DNA from: an uncultured bacterium
GTDB lineage: Bacteria > Patescibacteriota > Minisyncoccia > Phycocordibacterales > Phycocordibacteraceae
Assembly (NCBI GenBank): GCA_947085505.1
Contig: CAMTWI010000004.1
Location: forward strand, 129,800-193,799
Direction: 5' to 3'
Length of the DNA: 64,000 bases
Positions 50,841 through 60,460 of this stretch are shown piece after piece. Both the position numbers and the translations under genes were made by a program. How positions within the stretch are numbered: the stretch's first letter is position 1; each line of letters starts with the position of its first letter. The notes beneath the pieces are model-generated. The model did no database searches, was not told the DNA's origin, and saw only the letters and a program-made list of their open reading frames with translations.

Positions 50841-50974
50841 TATCTCATACAATTTGACACATGCTCGTATATGTTTTAATATCTATCCGGAGATTCCTCG
50901 GCGTATGTGGAAACGGCTTCCTGCCATTCACCCGCCGGATCATCAATCAGAACATCGAAAGAAGGAGAATTGTT

Positions 50975-51670
50975 ATGTTGAAGTGGATTGCGCCAATACT
51001 GGCCGCGGTCGCTCTCGTCGGTTGCCAGAAGGCCCCCGAAGAGAAGACGGCGCGTCCCGAGGCTCGACCCGTGGCGGCTCTGATCGCACCGGCACGTCCG
51101 GCTCCCCAGCCAGAGATCATCGTCACCAATGCGGAGAGAAATCTCTGCAAGAACAGCTGGGTCGCCGCACAGGCGGCCGAGCTCAAGATCAGCACTGCTG
51201 AGGTTGAACGTCGCGCACGCTTCATGCGCGCGACTCCGACATCAACAGTAACCGTACACGGTGTGTCCACGTCGTTCACGAAGAGCGTCTGGCACTCGTG
51301 CGGCGTTGCCATCGAGGCTTCGCGCAGGACTGAGGTCCAGGCAGCTCCGGCTGTACGAGACCCGAATCTGGTGACGCTCACGCGTCAGCAGTACAACAAC
51401 CTGCGCGCAGCCGCCTACAAGAACCCCGAGGAATCGGACCCCGCCAAGCTTCTCGGCTACCGTGAAGACGCGGCAAGGCTTGAAGTTGAGAGAGACAATC
51501 TCTTGGGTTTCACTCCGATGCACGGATTGTCTTTCGTGCTCGGTCTGGTGCTGGGCGCCTTCTCTATCTGGTTCTTCAACCTACCTATAAAGACCCGGAC
51601 CAAGAGACGTCGTGATCTTCCCCGTGAAGATCCGCGGCCGACAGCGTCTGAGCCAGACCCTGAACATTAG
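50975..51670 (+). CDS. putative lipoprotein with a C-terminal TM helix
   Basis: Start at MLKWIAPILAAVALVGC (lipobox LVGC) with an AAGGAG SD. Visibly more GC-rich than its surroundings. Confidence 0.55.
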   Translation: MLKWIAPILAAVALVGCQKAPEEKTARPEARPVAALIAPARPAPQPEIIVTNAERNLCKNSWVAAQAAELKISTAEVERRARFMRATPTSTVTVHGVSTSFTKSVWHSCGVAIEASRRTEVQAAPAVRDPNLVTLTRQQYNNLRAAAYKNPEESDPAKLLGYREDAARLEVERDNLLGFTPMHGLSFVLGLVLGAFSIWFFNLPIKTRTKRRRDLPREDPRPTASEPDPEH

Positions 51671-51947
51671 GTACCCGATTCCCGGGACTTCACCTGATTC
51701 GACATTCTGCTCCATTAAGGAGTCCTCTCGAGCGTAGGTAACGTTCAAACAGCACCTTACAAACAAGCTTCTCCGGGACCCAGGATTAACCTGTACGTCC
51801 ACGTGTAGATCAGCGTCACGTATTCCCTCGGGAATGCGTTCTTCCGGTAAAGAAGGAAGAGGAGTCGCAAATCGCGACAACGGCAGTCTTGTAAGACTAA
51901 ACAAAGGCGACCCTCCCCGGGCCGCCTTTATCTATATCCTCTTTTGC

Positions 51948-52373
51948 TTATTCTGCTTCGATTGTAATCGAGAGCTTTCCGAAACTCTCGCCGAGCGAAA
52001 CGGGCACATCAAAGGTACCCAGCTCCTTAAATGGTTTCTCAATCTTTATCGCATCAACTGGAAGTTGTGTTGCTTTTGCGATATCAGCGGCGTCAACGGC
52101 ATCATAGAGATGTCCCTTCTCGTTCGCCTTCTTGAGGATAACGATGCGCTCCTCAGAAAGTGCCGAGAGACGGTCTTGGATAAGCTTCACATCAAGCTCC
52201 TTTCGATCAATGCCCTGCTTTATACGAAGCTCAGCCTGCTTAAGGTTTGCGGGTGTTGCGAGTGCAGCCATACCGCGAGGAATAAGGAAATTCTGTGCGT
52301 GGCCATCTGCACAGTTAACGACAGCTCCGGCACGGCCCGTGTTCTTAACGTCTTTCAGTAGTACAACTTTCAT
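51948..52373 (-). CDS. rplI: 50S ribosomal protein L9
   Basis: MKVVLLKDVKNTGRAGAVVNCADGHAQNFLIP. Confidence 0.9.
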   Translation of the reverse strand: MKVVLLKDVKNTGRAGAVVNCADGHAQNFLIPRGMAALATPANLKQAELRIKQGIDRKELDVKLIQDRLSALSEERIVILKKANEKGHLYDAVDAADIAKATQLPVDAIKIEKPFKELGTFDVPVSLGESFGKLSITIEAE

Positions 52374-52476
52374 ATATAGGCATCCTACCGGTCCTGGGGC
52401 CATAGGGCAAATTGACGATTTTGGATTTTATTGGTTATCTCTAATTAGACTCATCGAATACGAAAGGGACGAATCA

Positions 52477-52809
52477 ATGTCAGAACCTAGGTTATATGGA
52501 TTTGAGCGATCTCAGGCTCTCAAGCTGCTCGACTCATCCGCAGCTCGTACACACTACGTGATGGAACCAACGTTGAGTGGAATGATCGCGGGCGCAATGC
52601 TTGGAGCAGTCTCGTTTTTTTACTTCCACGGATTCCAGACCCTGCAGACATCCGATGGCTGGCGTCAGCTCTTTTTTTGTCTGATTCTTGGCGTAATTCT
52701 GGTTGGAGGAATCCTTTGGGCCTCACACTACGAGAACATCGAAAAGTTACTCAGAGCAGATCGTGACGCAAGGGTCTTGAACCAGATGCGACACAATGAC
52801 AACCAGTAG
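52477..52809 (+). CDS. small membrane protein
   Basis: Internal Met MSEPRLYG of track ORF 52132..52809. The upstream part of that ORF is antisense to rplI. Two TM helices. Confidence 0.5.
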   Translation: MSEPRLYGFERSQALKLLDSSAARTHYVMEPTLSGMIAGAMLGAVSFFYFHGFQTLQTSDGWRQLFFCLILGVILVGGILWASHYENIEKLLRADRDARVLNQMRHNDNQ

Positions 52810-52815
52810 TAGCGT

Positions 52816-52850
52816 AAAACCGCCCGGCTTCGTAGCCGGGCGGTTTCTTC
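52816..52850. terminator. bidirectional terminator
   Basis: AAACCGCCCGGCT-TCGT-AGCCGGGCGGTTT. Confidence 0.75.
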
Positions 52851-52858
52851 ATTGCGCT

Positions 52859-54118
52859 TTACTTCCCTGTCGTAAGGAATTGTATGCCGCGTGCTTTCTG
52901 TGGATCCGCTTTCGCTTCCCTGTCTTCCTTAGTGTACGGAACCTCAATGTCTGGCGAGAGTCCGCCGTCAGAGATGGACTGTCCAGCAGGGGTGAGCCAG
53001 CGGGCGATAGTGACCTTCAGCGCGCCGCCATTGATCTCAACAAGTTCTTGCACCGAACCCTTGCCGAACGAGCGCGTCCCGACAAGTGTTGCAACGTTTG
53101 CGTCTTGAAGCGCTCCTGCAAGAATTTCAGAGGCTGATGCCGAACCCTGATCAATGAGGACAACTACCTTTGTGCCTTTAGGAAGTCCTCCGATACCACG
53201 ACTACGGTGTACAACATTCTCCTGCTTACCCTTATAGTCTTCTGTAACAACGGCTGCTCCCTTTGGAAGGAAGTGGCCAGCAACAGAGACCGCCGACTCG
53301 AGATACCCTCCAGGATTACTCCTCAAATCAATCATGAGCTTGGTTGAACCTGACTTTCTAAAGTCAGCCATTGCCTTAGAGAACAACTGGCTCGAATTAG
53401 CCGTAAAGCTATAGAAGGAAATGATATAGACCCCGCTCTCATCAAGTTTTGTTTCGATGGTTGGGACCGTAATAGTATCGCGTACGACCTGAATTTGGAG
53501 TGATTCGCCATCGCGCAGAATCATGAACGTAACCGTCGTACCCTTCTCGCCACGGATGAGCTTCACTGCCACATCCGTCGACATACCATCAGTTGAGGTT
53601 TTATCAATCATGATAATCTTGTCTCCCGAGCGCAGACCTGCACGTTCAGCAGGCGTTCCCTTGAGAGGCGCAATAACCGTGAGCACCCCTTCCTTAACAC
53701 CGATTTCCATACCAACACCCTGGAAGTCTCCTCGTATATCATCCTGGAACTTCTTCGCCTCAGTTGGCGGCATGAATACGGTATACGGATCGCCGTAGGA
53801 AGCAGCAAGACCTTGGATAGCACCCCAGATCTTGCTCTCAGTCGACGGTGGTGTGCTGGTTGCCTGTGTCTGCACAAACCGCTCGTTAAGTGCATTCCAT
53901 GCTTTCCAAAAATCCGCTAAGTCTGCAGATGCGTCCGGGGTTGCGTCAAGACCGTCTCCAAGTAAAGGGAGGTTCGAGAGCATCCGACTGCCGCCTGCAG
54001 CACCTACCGTGACGCCACCCGCAAACCCAATGGCGAGCATGAGTGCCAACGCCACACCAAGCTTAGCGAGCTTAGTAAAGGAACCAGGGAGTACGTTTGT
54101 TTCTTCGGAAGGATTCAT
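52859..54118 (-). CDS. ctpA: carboxyl-terminal processing protease (S41)
   Basis: PDZ domain plus S41 core (RSNPGGYLESAV, GSASASEILAGAL). ATG at 54118 is preferred over the track TTG at 54124 because TGaTATGAT-N6-ATG precedes it. Confidence 0.9.
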   Translation of the reverse strand: MNPSEETNVLPGSFTKLAKLGVALALMLAIGFAGGVTVGAAGGSRMLSNLPLLGDGLDATPDASADLADFWKAWNALNERFVQTQATSTPPSTESKIWGAIQGLAASYGDPYTVFMPPTEAKKFQDDIRGDFQGVGMEIGVKEGVLTVIAPLKGTPAERAGLRSGDKIIMIDKTSTDGMSTDVAVKLIRGEKGTTVTFMILRDGESLQIQVVRDTITVPTIETKLDESGVYIISFYSFTANSSQLFSKAMADFRKSGSTKLMIDLRSNPGGYLESAVSVAGHFLPKGAAVVTEDYKGKQENVVHRSRGIGGLPKGTKVVVLIDQGSASASEILAGALQDANVATLVGTRSFGKGSVQELVEINGGALKVTIARWLTPAGQSISDGGLSPDIEVPYTKEDREAKADPQKARGIQFLTTGK

Positions 54119-54124
54119 ACCCAA

Positions 54125-54133
54125 ATCATATCA
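54125..54133 (-). promoter_or_regulatory. extended -10 promoter, leaderless ctpA
   Basis: On the minus strand: TGATATGAT, then TTGGGT, then ATG. Confidence 0.5.
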
Positions 54134-54204
54134 TGATGCCCATATCCCCGAGTAGAGCGTGAACGAGGGTTTTGGTTCACCAACGGGAGCGTATACTTAC
54201 CCTA

Positions 54205-55122
54205 ATGATAACTAGGCACAAACGCGGCAAGGCGGTATGGGTCGATCTTGAGTCGCCCACTGATGACGAGATTAGGGATGTTATGTGTGAATTCAATATA
54301 GATGAACGTATTCGTGAGGAAATACAAACCCCGACACCCTATCCACTCTCTATCGCATTCCCAGACTATTCTTACCTTATCCTCCATTTTCCGGTGGCAG
54401 GTTCTGTAGATGGCACCCGGTCTCAAGAAGTAGACTTTGTCGTTGGAAAGGAGTTTCTCATAACGGCCCGCTATGAATCGGTCGAGTCCCTTCACAATCT
54501 GCAGCGTGTTCTCGAAACTGAGGAGCTGCTTGGCATTTCAGGAAACTCAAAACCTGTCGGTGAGATGCTTGAACGAGCATTGGGTCACCTCTATACATCA
54601 ATTGGAGAAGAAATTGAACGTGTTGGCAGACGACTCGAGCGCATCGAACAAGACATCTTTGCAGGAAAGGAACGACAGATGGTGCGAGCCATATCAAACA
54701 CAGGCCGAGTCTTACTTCGGTTTGAGACTTCTCTTGCACGACACGAGGAACCATTGACTGAATTCCTCGCTGGACTATCAACAAGCTCACTTCTCGGTAC
54801 ATACTTCGAAGAACATGCAGCAAAGATTGCAAGCCGTCGTGCGCATGCAAAATCTCTAGCATCATCCTACCGAGAAATTGCGCACGAACTACGTATTACG
54901 AACGACTCACTCCTTAACACCTCCCAAAATGAGGTTATGAAGATCCTTACCATCATGGCTTTCGTAACCTTCCCGCTCTCGCTTATCGCTTCGGTATTCG
55001 GCATGAACACAGAATATTTGCCGTTCGTTGGCCAACCGGGTGATTTCTGGATTGTGGTTGGCATAATGGTTGCCCTTACCATCACTTTCTTCGCCTATTT
55101 CAGAATGAAGCGGTGGCTCTAA
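54205..55122 (+). CDS. corA: magnesium/cobalt transporter CorA
   Basis: GMN motif (VFGMNTEYLP) between two C-terminal TM helices. Start chosen from TATACT-N7-ATG. Confidence 0.88.
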   Translation: MITRHKRGKAVWVDLESPTDDEIRDVMCEFNIDERIREEIQTPTPYPLSIAFPDYSYLILHFPVAGSVDGTRSQEVDFVVGKEFLITARYESVESLHNLQRVLETEELLGISGNSKPVGEMLERALGHLYTSIGEEIERVGRRLERIEQDIFAGKERQMVRAISNTGRVLLRFETSLARHEEPLTEFLAGLSTSSLLGTYFEEHAAKIASRRAHAKSLASSYREIAHELRITNDSLLNTSQNEVMKILTIMAFVTFPLSLIASVFGMNTEYLPFVGQPGDFWIVVGIMVALTITFFAYFRMKRWL

Positions 55123-55155
55123 CCTGTATAAGACACCGTGCGGTAGAATATTGCT

Positions 55156-56619
55156 ATGACCTGGCTCACCTCCCTCTTCTCGCGCAAAAGTGAGCCCGCA
55201 AAAAGTGAGGCTCCTCTCTTCTTTACTAACACCCTCTCGGGCAAAAAGGAGCTCTTTTCCTCGCGCAAGGCGGGAGAAGTTTCTATGTATTCCTGCGGGC
55301 CAACAGTCTACAGTAAGCAGCATATTGGAAACCTGAAGGCTCCTTTGTTCGCCGACCTTGTTGCGCGTGTACTCTCTTCCTCTGGCTACCGTGTGCGAAG
55401 GGTCATGAACATCACTGACGTTGGACACCTTGTTTCTGACGCAGACGAGGGTGAAGACAAGATGGAGGCCGGTGCCCGCTCTGAGGGTCTTTCCGCTCAA
55501 GAGGTGGCAGCTCGTTACACACGACTTTTCCTTGAGGACAATCGATTACTCAACATAGATACTGATGCGATTAGCTTTCCGCGCGCAACTGACTACATAA
55601 AGGAGCAAATTGCTATGGTACAGACGCTCGAACAGAAAGGATATGCGTATCGCACAAGTGACGGCGTCTATTTTGATACAAGTCGATTCCCTCATTATGG
55701 TGCCTTAAGCCATGGTGGCGGCTCGTTTCGTGAAGAGGCATTTGCCGAAATCGGTCGACGTGTTGGCCACAATCAAGAAAAGAGACACCCTGCAGACTTC
55801 GCACTTTGGAAACTCTCTCCAAACGGTACAGCACGACAACAGGAATGGGCATCTCCTTGGGGCACCGGGTTCCCCGGCTGGCACATTGAATGCTCTGCAA
55901 TGGCAAAGGCATTACTTGGTCCTGAACTCGATATTCATACGGGAGGTATTGACCACATACCAGTACATCACACAAATGAAATAGCGCAGTCCGAAAGCGC
56001 AAACGAGAAACCTCTCTCTCGATTTTGGATGCATGAAGCATTCATAAACTTTGGAGATGAAAAGATAGCGAAGTCCACCGGAAACGTAATCTACCTTTCG
56101 GATATCACAGAGCGTGGCTACAGTCCTCTAGCACTACGTTATTTGTTTCTTCAGGCGCACTATCGCTCACCCCTTTCCTTCTCCTGGGATGCGCTTGCTG
56201 CAGCAAATGAAGCACTAGGACGCTTAACGAAGCTTGCTCACAAGATTAGTGTTGAAGCGAAAGGGCGTATGCGACAAACCGACACAAGCAGACGCATGAT
56301 TGCGCTTTTACGCGACGATCTTGCTACGCCCGCAGCATTAGCACTAGTGTGGCAAGTTGTACGAGACGAAGAGATGACCCGTGAAGAACAGCTTGCCGTT
56401 ATCGACGCTGCGGAAAGCGTCCTTGGGCTATCCCTTCTAACGCCGCATGATGTGCTCGACATCCCGCCGCACATACAAGCGCTCGTCAAAGAACGTGAGT
56501 TGGCCCGTAAAAATGGTGATTTCGCAAAATCTGATGCACTGCGTATCCACATAGAGGAGGGTGGATATCATGTGGAGGACAGGCCTTCCGGAGCCATAGT
56601 CACTAGGAGACCTGGTTGA
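55156..56619 (+). CDS. cysS: cysteine--tRNA ligase
   Basis: CGPTVYSKQHIGN (HIGH) and KIAKSTGN (KMSKS-like). Confidence 0.93.
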   Translation: MTWLTSLFSRKSEPAKSEAPLFFTNTLSGKKELFSSRKAGEVSMYSCGPTVYSKQHIGNLKAPLFADLVARVLSSSGYRVRRVMNITDVGHLVSDADEGEDKMEAGARSEGLSAQEVAARYTRLFLEDNRLLNIDTDAISFPRATDYIKEQIAMVQTLEQKGYAYRTSDGVYFDTSRFPHYGALSHGGGSFREEAFAEIGRRVGHNQEKRHPADFALWKLSPNGTARQQEWASPWGTGFPGWHIECSAMAKALLGPELDIHTGGIDHIPVHHTNEIAQSESANEKPLSRFWMHEAFINFGDEKIAKSTGNVIYLSDITERGYSPLALRYLFLQAHYRSPLSFSWDALAAANEALGRLTKLAHKISVEAKGRMRQTDTSRRMIALLRDDLATPAALALVWQVVRDEEMTREEQLAVIDAAESVLGLSLLTPHDVLDIPPHIQALVKERELARKNGDFAKSDALRIHIEEGGYHVEDRPSGAIVTRRPG

Positions 56620-56633
56620 TAGAATAGAGGGTA

Positions 56634-57998
56634 ATGGCAACCGACCCCACCCTCCGCCTTCCACCTCAGAGCCTTGAGTCGGAGCGTGCACTCCTCGGCT
56701 CTCTTCTTTTGAAGCCGGATGCTATACACGACGTCTCGGACCTGATTCGACCCGAATCTTTCTATGCGGATAAACATCGCCATATTTTTGACTGTATGCG
56801 CGAGCTCGTTGAGCGCGGCGAGCCAATCGACATGCTCTCCTTGGGAGAACGGTTGAATACGAAAGGTCTCCTTGAGCGAGCTGGCGGACGTGCATACATT
56901 GCAGAGCTCGCGAGCTCTTCTCCTACCCCAGGCAACTTTAATCACTACGCGGAGCTCGTGGTGCGAAAGCACATCATGCGCTCGTTGATCGATACCGCGA
57001 GTGAGATTACAGAATCTGCCTATGACGACAGTGTCGACACGGCAGTTGCACTCGATAGTGCCGAGAAATCTATTTACGCTATCGGGAACGCGTCGGCAAC
57101 GCATAAGTTCGTTGCAATTAAAGACAAAATGGATGACGCATGGGATCGCATCGAATCTCTTTCTAAGAACAAGGGTGCCATTCGCGGCGTCTCAACCGGC
57201 TTCCCTGATCTCGACAACCTTCTCTCGGGTCTCCATAAATCTGATCTCATCATTCTTGCGGCACGTCCTTCCATGGGTAAGACATCGCTCGCGCTCGATA
57301 TCGCTCGTAACGCAGCTGTGCGCCATGACACGCCGGTTGGTATTTTCTCGCTTGAGATGAGCTCCGAACAGCTGGTTGATCGTATGCTTTCAGCAGAGTC
57401 CTTCATCGATTCCTGGAAGATGCGCACCGGTGCCATACATGCCGAAGAAGACTTCAGCAAGATTCGTGATGCGCTCGAGAGTCTTTCAAAAGCCCCTATC
57501 TACATCGACGACAAGCCAGCACAGAACATCCTATCGATGCGTGCAGTAGCGAGGCGCCTGAAGCGCGAACGTGGTATCGGCCTCATTATTGTCGACTACC
57601 TCCAGCTCATGGCCCCAACCAACACCAAGGCGTCTGATTCCATGGTGCAGCAGGTTACGGAGATATCGCGTTCTCTAAAGCAACTTGCGCGCGAGATCGA
57701 GGTACCGGTTATCGCACTCTCCCAGTTATCGCGTGCAGTTGAGCAGCGCGGCGGTACCCCTCGTCTCTCGGATCTTCGAGACTCGGGATCGATTGAGCAG
57801 GACGCTGACGTCGTTATGTTCATCCACCGAGAGGACAAGATAAACAAGGAGAGCGATCGCCCAAACATCGCGCAGATTCTTGTTGAGAAGCACCGCAATG
57901 GCCCTACCGGGAAGGTTGAGCTCTACTTCGACGAGAAGCGCACTAGCTTTATGCCGATGGATAAAACGGGATATGGCGAACTCGCTGACGAATTCTAG
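56634..57998 (+). CDS. dnaB: replicative DNA helicase
   Basis: N-terminal PPQSLESERALLGSLL, Walker A ARPSMGKTS; 454 aa. Confidence 0.95.
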   Translation: MATDPTLRLPPQSLESERALLGSLLLKPDAIHDVSDLIRPESFYADKHRHIFDCMRELVERGEPIDMLSLGERLNTKGLLERAGGRAYIAELASSSPTPGNFNHYAELVVRKHIMRSLIDTASEITESAYDDSVDTAVALDSAEKSIYAIGNASATHKFVAIKDKMDDAWDRIESLSKNKGAIRGVSTGFPDLDNLLSGLHKSDLIILAARPSMGKTSLALDIARNAAVRHDTPVGIFSLEMSSEQLVDRMLSAESFIDSWKMRTGAIHAEEDFSKIRDALESLSKAPIYIDDKPAQNILSMRAVARRLKRERGIGLIIVDYLQLMAPTNTKASDSMVQQVTEISRSLKQLAREIEVPVIALSQLSRAVEQRGGTPRLSDLRDSGSIEQDADVVMFIHREDKINKESDRPNIAQILVEKHRNGPTGKVELYFDEKRTSFMPMDKTGYGELADEF

Positions 57999-58000
57999 CT

Positions 58001-58606
58001 ATGCGCGATCGTATCGAAGACCTCTCATCTGCATTCAATCGCTTTCCGGGAATTGGTCCTCGGCAAGCGAGGCGTTTCGTGTATCACTTACTTGCCGTTC
58101 CGCAGAGCGACCGCACTCGCCTCGCTGACCTTATAGCAAACCTCGGAAATGATGTGCAGCAGTGCGCAATGTGTATGCGGTTTGCTCCCGTTACGAGCGA
58201 GTCCCTCTGCAACTACTGCGCAGACCAGAACCGGCAGGATGCGATTCTTATGATTCTCGAGAAGGATCAAGACCTTGTTGCGGTTGAGCGCACCGGCACC
58301 TATCGCGGACGGTACTTTGTGCTCGGCGGTGTACTTACCCTTTCCGGCAAGGGTGCAATTCGAGAGCTCGATTTAATACGAGTAGTTGAAGCGAGAGCCA
58401 GTACAGGTCTATCTGAGATTGTGCTCGCGCTTTCCGCTACAAGCGAGGGGGAACATACGGCAGATCGTGTGCGCGAAATTCTTGGACCTCTGCGTGGATC
58501 GATACTTATCTCAGAGCTCGGGCGTGGCCTTTCAACAGGCAGCGAGCTTGAGTATGCAGACTCCACTACCCTATCTGCAGCACTTCAAAACCGAAAGGAG
58601 ACATAA
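58001..58606 (+). CDS. recR: recombination protein RecR
   Basis: HhH N-terminus, C4 zinc finger (CAMC...CNYC), Toprim domain. Confidence 0.93.
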   Translation: MRDRIEDLSSAFNRFPGIGPRQARRFVYHLLAVPQSDRTRLADLIANLGNDVQQCAMCMRFAPVTSESLCNYCADQNRQDAILMILEKDQDLVAVERTGTYRGRYFVLGGVLTLSGKGAIRELDLIRVVEARASTGLSEIVLALSATSEGEHTADRVREILGPLRGSILISELGRGLSTGSELEYADSTTLSAALQNRKET

Positions 58607-58607
58607 G

Positions 58608-58645
58608 GAAAAGGCCCGCGAACGTTCTGTTCGTGGGCCCCTTTG
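58608..58645. terminator. bidirectional terminator
   Basis: GGCCCGCGAAC-GTTCT-GTTCGTGGGCC. Confidence 0.65.
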
Positions 58646-58649
58646 CCTA

Positions 58650-58928
58650 TCAAACGACCGGCGCGCCCTGGGCGGTATGCGGTCTCCAGCCGCATTTTGC
58701 GGCGAGGAGGTCTTCAACCTCCCTGCGCTCAATCAGAAAATGAGCGGTATTGCGATGATAACGCCAGACTTCCTGTATCCGGCCGAGGCCCGGGATTTCA
58801 ATCCTACTGTCCTCAGTCAGCGGCGGGCCATTCCAGTCTCGCTCAGCGCAGAGCGAATGGGTGCAGTCCGCATTTCCCACGACAAGCAACCGCGTGGGTT
58901 CAGTCTCAGCCACCGTTTGTTGTGTCAT
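58650..58928 (-). CDS. hypothetical 92-aa protein, GC-rich
   Basis: Start at MTQQTVAE, 7 nt after AGGAGG. Competing plus-strand ORFs lack start signals. Confidence 0.45.
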   Translation of the reverse strand: MTQQTVAETEPTRLLVVGNADCTHSLCAERDWNGPPLTEDSRIEIPGLGRIQEVWRYHRNTAHFLIERREVEDLLAAKCGWRPHTAQGAPVV

Positions 58929-59016
58929 CTCTATTCCTCCTGCTAGAACAATGCCAACAGCCATAGTGCCACAGCACGTTCGTAACGCAAGAACCGCCCT
59001 CTCAGGCGGCTTCTTG

Positions 59017-59346
59017 TTACGCGATTGAGTCAATCTTGACCCTAATCTCTGGCTGGCGATGTCCGCGGCGCTTTAGATAGCGGCTCTTAGCCTTGTACTT
59101 AACCACCTCGATTTTCTTGGCGCGTCCTACCGAGTACACGGTGCCGGTAACCGTCTTTCCGGGAAGTGTTGGTGTGCCAAGCGAAAGGGTGCCGTTATCG
59201 GTCATGAGGACCTTATCAAACGTGATAGTGTCCCCCTTCTTAATATCCTGCGTAGCGGCGCCACGACCAAGCTTCTCGATAGTTACGAGAGCGCCTGGGG
59301 AGACGACATACTGCTTGCCGCCGGTCTTGATTACTGCGAGTTCCAT
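59017..59346 (-). CDS. rplU: 50S ribosomal protein L21
   Basis: MELAVIKTGGKQYVVSPG. Confidence 0.93.
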   Translation of the reverse strand: MELAVIKTGGKQYVVSPGALVTIEKLGRGAATQDIKKGDTITFDKVLMTDNGTLSLGTPTLPGKTVTGTVYSVGRAKKIEVVKYKAKSRYLKRRGHRQPEIRVKIDSIA

Positions 59347-59392
59347 AGTCCCCGTATAGTACCGAAATAGGCCCTAGAAAGCAATAGCGGGG

Positions 59393-60445
59393 CTATTCCT
59401 CCCTATTTCCCGGCTTATCCAGGAGTTCCACCTCAAGCCCTATCTTCTCCTCGGTTATCCGGTAGACGTCCTTTTCAACTTTCCCGAGCTCCTTGTACCC
59501 ACTGTTGTAGTGCGATACGGCGGTTCCAAGGGCTGCCCCGAGCTTCTGATAGTAGGTCTCATAGGCCCCCAGATGCTTCCCAAGCTCACCCACGCGCTTC
59601 TGGATCTCTTCGGCCCGCTTCTCGATCTGAAGGGCCTTCAGGCCCTGCATAACGGTCTGGAGATAGGCGAGGAAGGATGTTGGCGAGACGATAATCACCT
59701 TGAACTTCCCAGCCGCACGTTGGATGAGATTCTCGTCCTCTCCCGCACCTACTTGGTTTGTGAGGAGGTCGTAGTAGATACCTTCCGACGGAATGAACAT
59801 GAACGCGAAGTCCATAGTTCCCTCTTCAGGACGGATGTACTTAGCAGTCTCAGAAATTCTAAGTTTTAGATCGTTCACGAACGCTTTCTCGAGCGCTATG
59901 CGTTCTGCACCCTCTGCATGAATGTAGCGGTTGTAGTTGTCGAGAGAGAACTTTGAGTCGACCGGTACAATCTTGTCGTTGATATACACCGCAGCGTCGA
60001 CAACCTCTCCGTTCTCGAACATGTGCTGCATCTTGAACATGCCTGGCGGCAAGACATTCTTAAGAACGGTCTCCAAGTAGTACTCGCCGAGAATACCGCG
60101 CTGTTTCGGATTCTTTAGGATGTCCTGAAGATTCTTTAACTGCTCCGCGAACTTCCCCGTCTCACGCCCGATCTCCTTAACAGAAGTTATCTCTGCCGTT
60201 ATCTCTTTTATGAGTCTTGAGGACTCTCCAAGCTGGCTACGAACGGTCTCGTGCATCTGCTTCGAAGACTCGTTCATACGGGAATCCAAGGAACGCTCGA
60301 GCTTCTCCATCTGATTCTGTATAAGTATGAGCCCTCCCTCGTCCTTAGGTTTATCGTTCTCACGACGACGGAGCATAAGCCACAGTCCAATCCCCTGCAG
60401 AAAGACAAGCACAAGAACGATTATGGCAACGGTGAAGATATCCAT
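59393..60445 (-). CDS. rmuC: DNA recombination protein RmuC
   Basis: N-terminal TM helix, long coiled coil, C-terminal RmuC nuclease-like region (FAFMFIPSEGIYYDL). TATACT-N6-ATG. Confidence 0.85.
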   Translation of the reverse strand: MDIFTVAIIVLVLVFLQGIGLWLMLRRRENDKPKDEGGLILIQNQMEKLERSLDSRMNESSKQMHETVRSQLGESSRLIKEITAEITSVKEIGRETGKFAEQLKNLQDILKNPKQRGILGEYYLETVLKNVLPPGMFKMQHMFENGEVVDAAVYINDKIVPVDSKFSLDNYNRYIHAEGAERIALEKAFVNDLKLRISETAKYIRPEEGTMDFAFMFIPSEGIYYDLLTNQVGAGEDENLIQRAAGKFKVIIVSPTSFLAYLQTVMQGLKALQIEKRAEEIQKRVGELGKHLGAYETYYQKLGAALGTAVSHYNSGYKELGKVEKDVYRITEEKIGLEVELLDKPGNREE

Positions 60446-60460
60446 ATGAAAAGTATACTG

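Noticed and set aside
51581-52361. ORFs 51581-51904 (minus) and 51834-52361 (plus)
   Set aside because: The first overlaps the 3' end of the lipoprotein gene and runs through a hairpin-rich spacer without start signals. The second is antisense to rplI.
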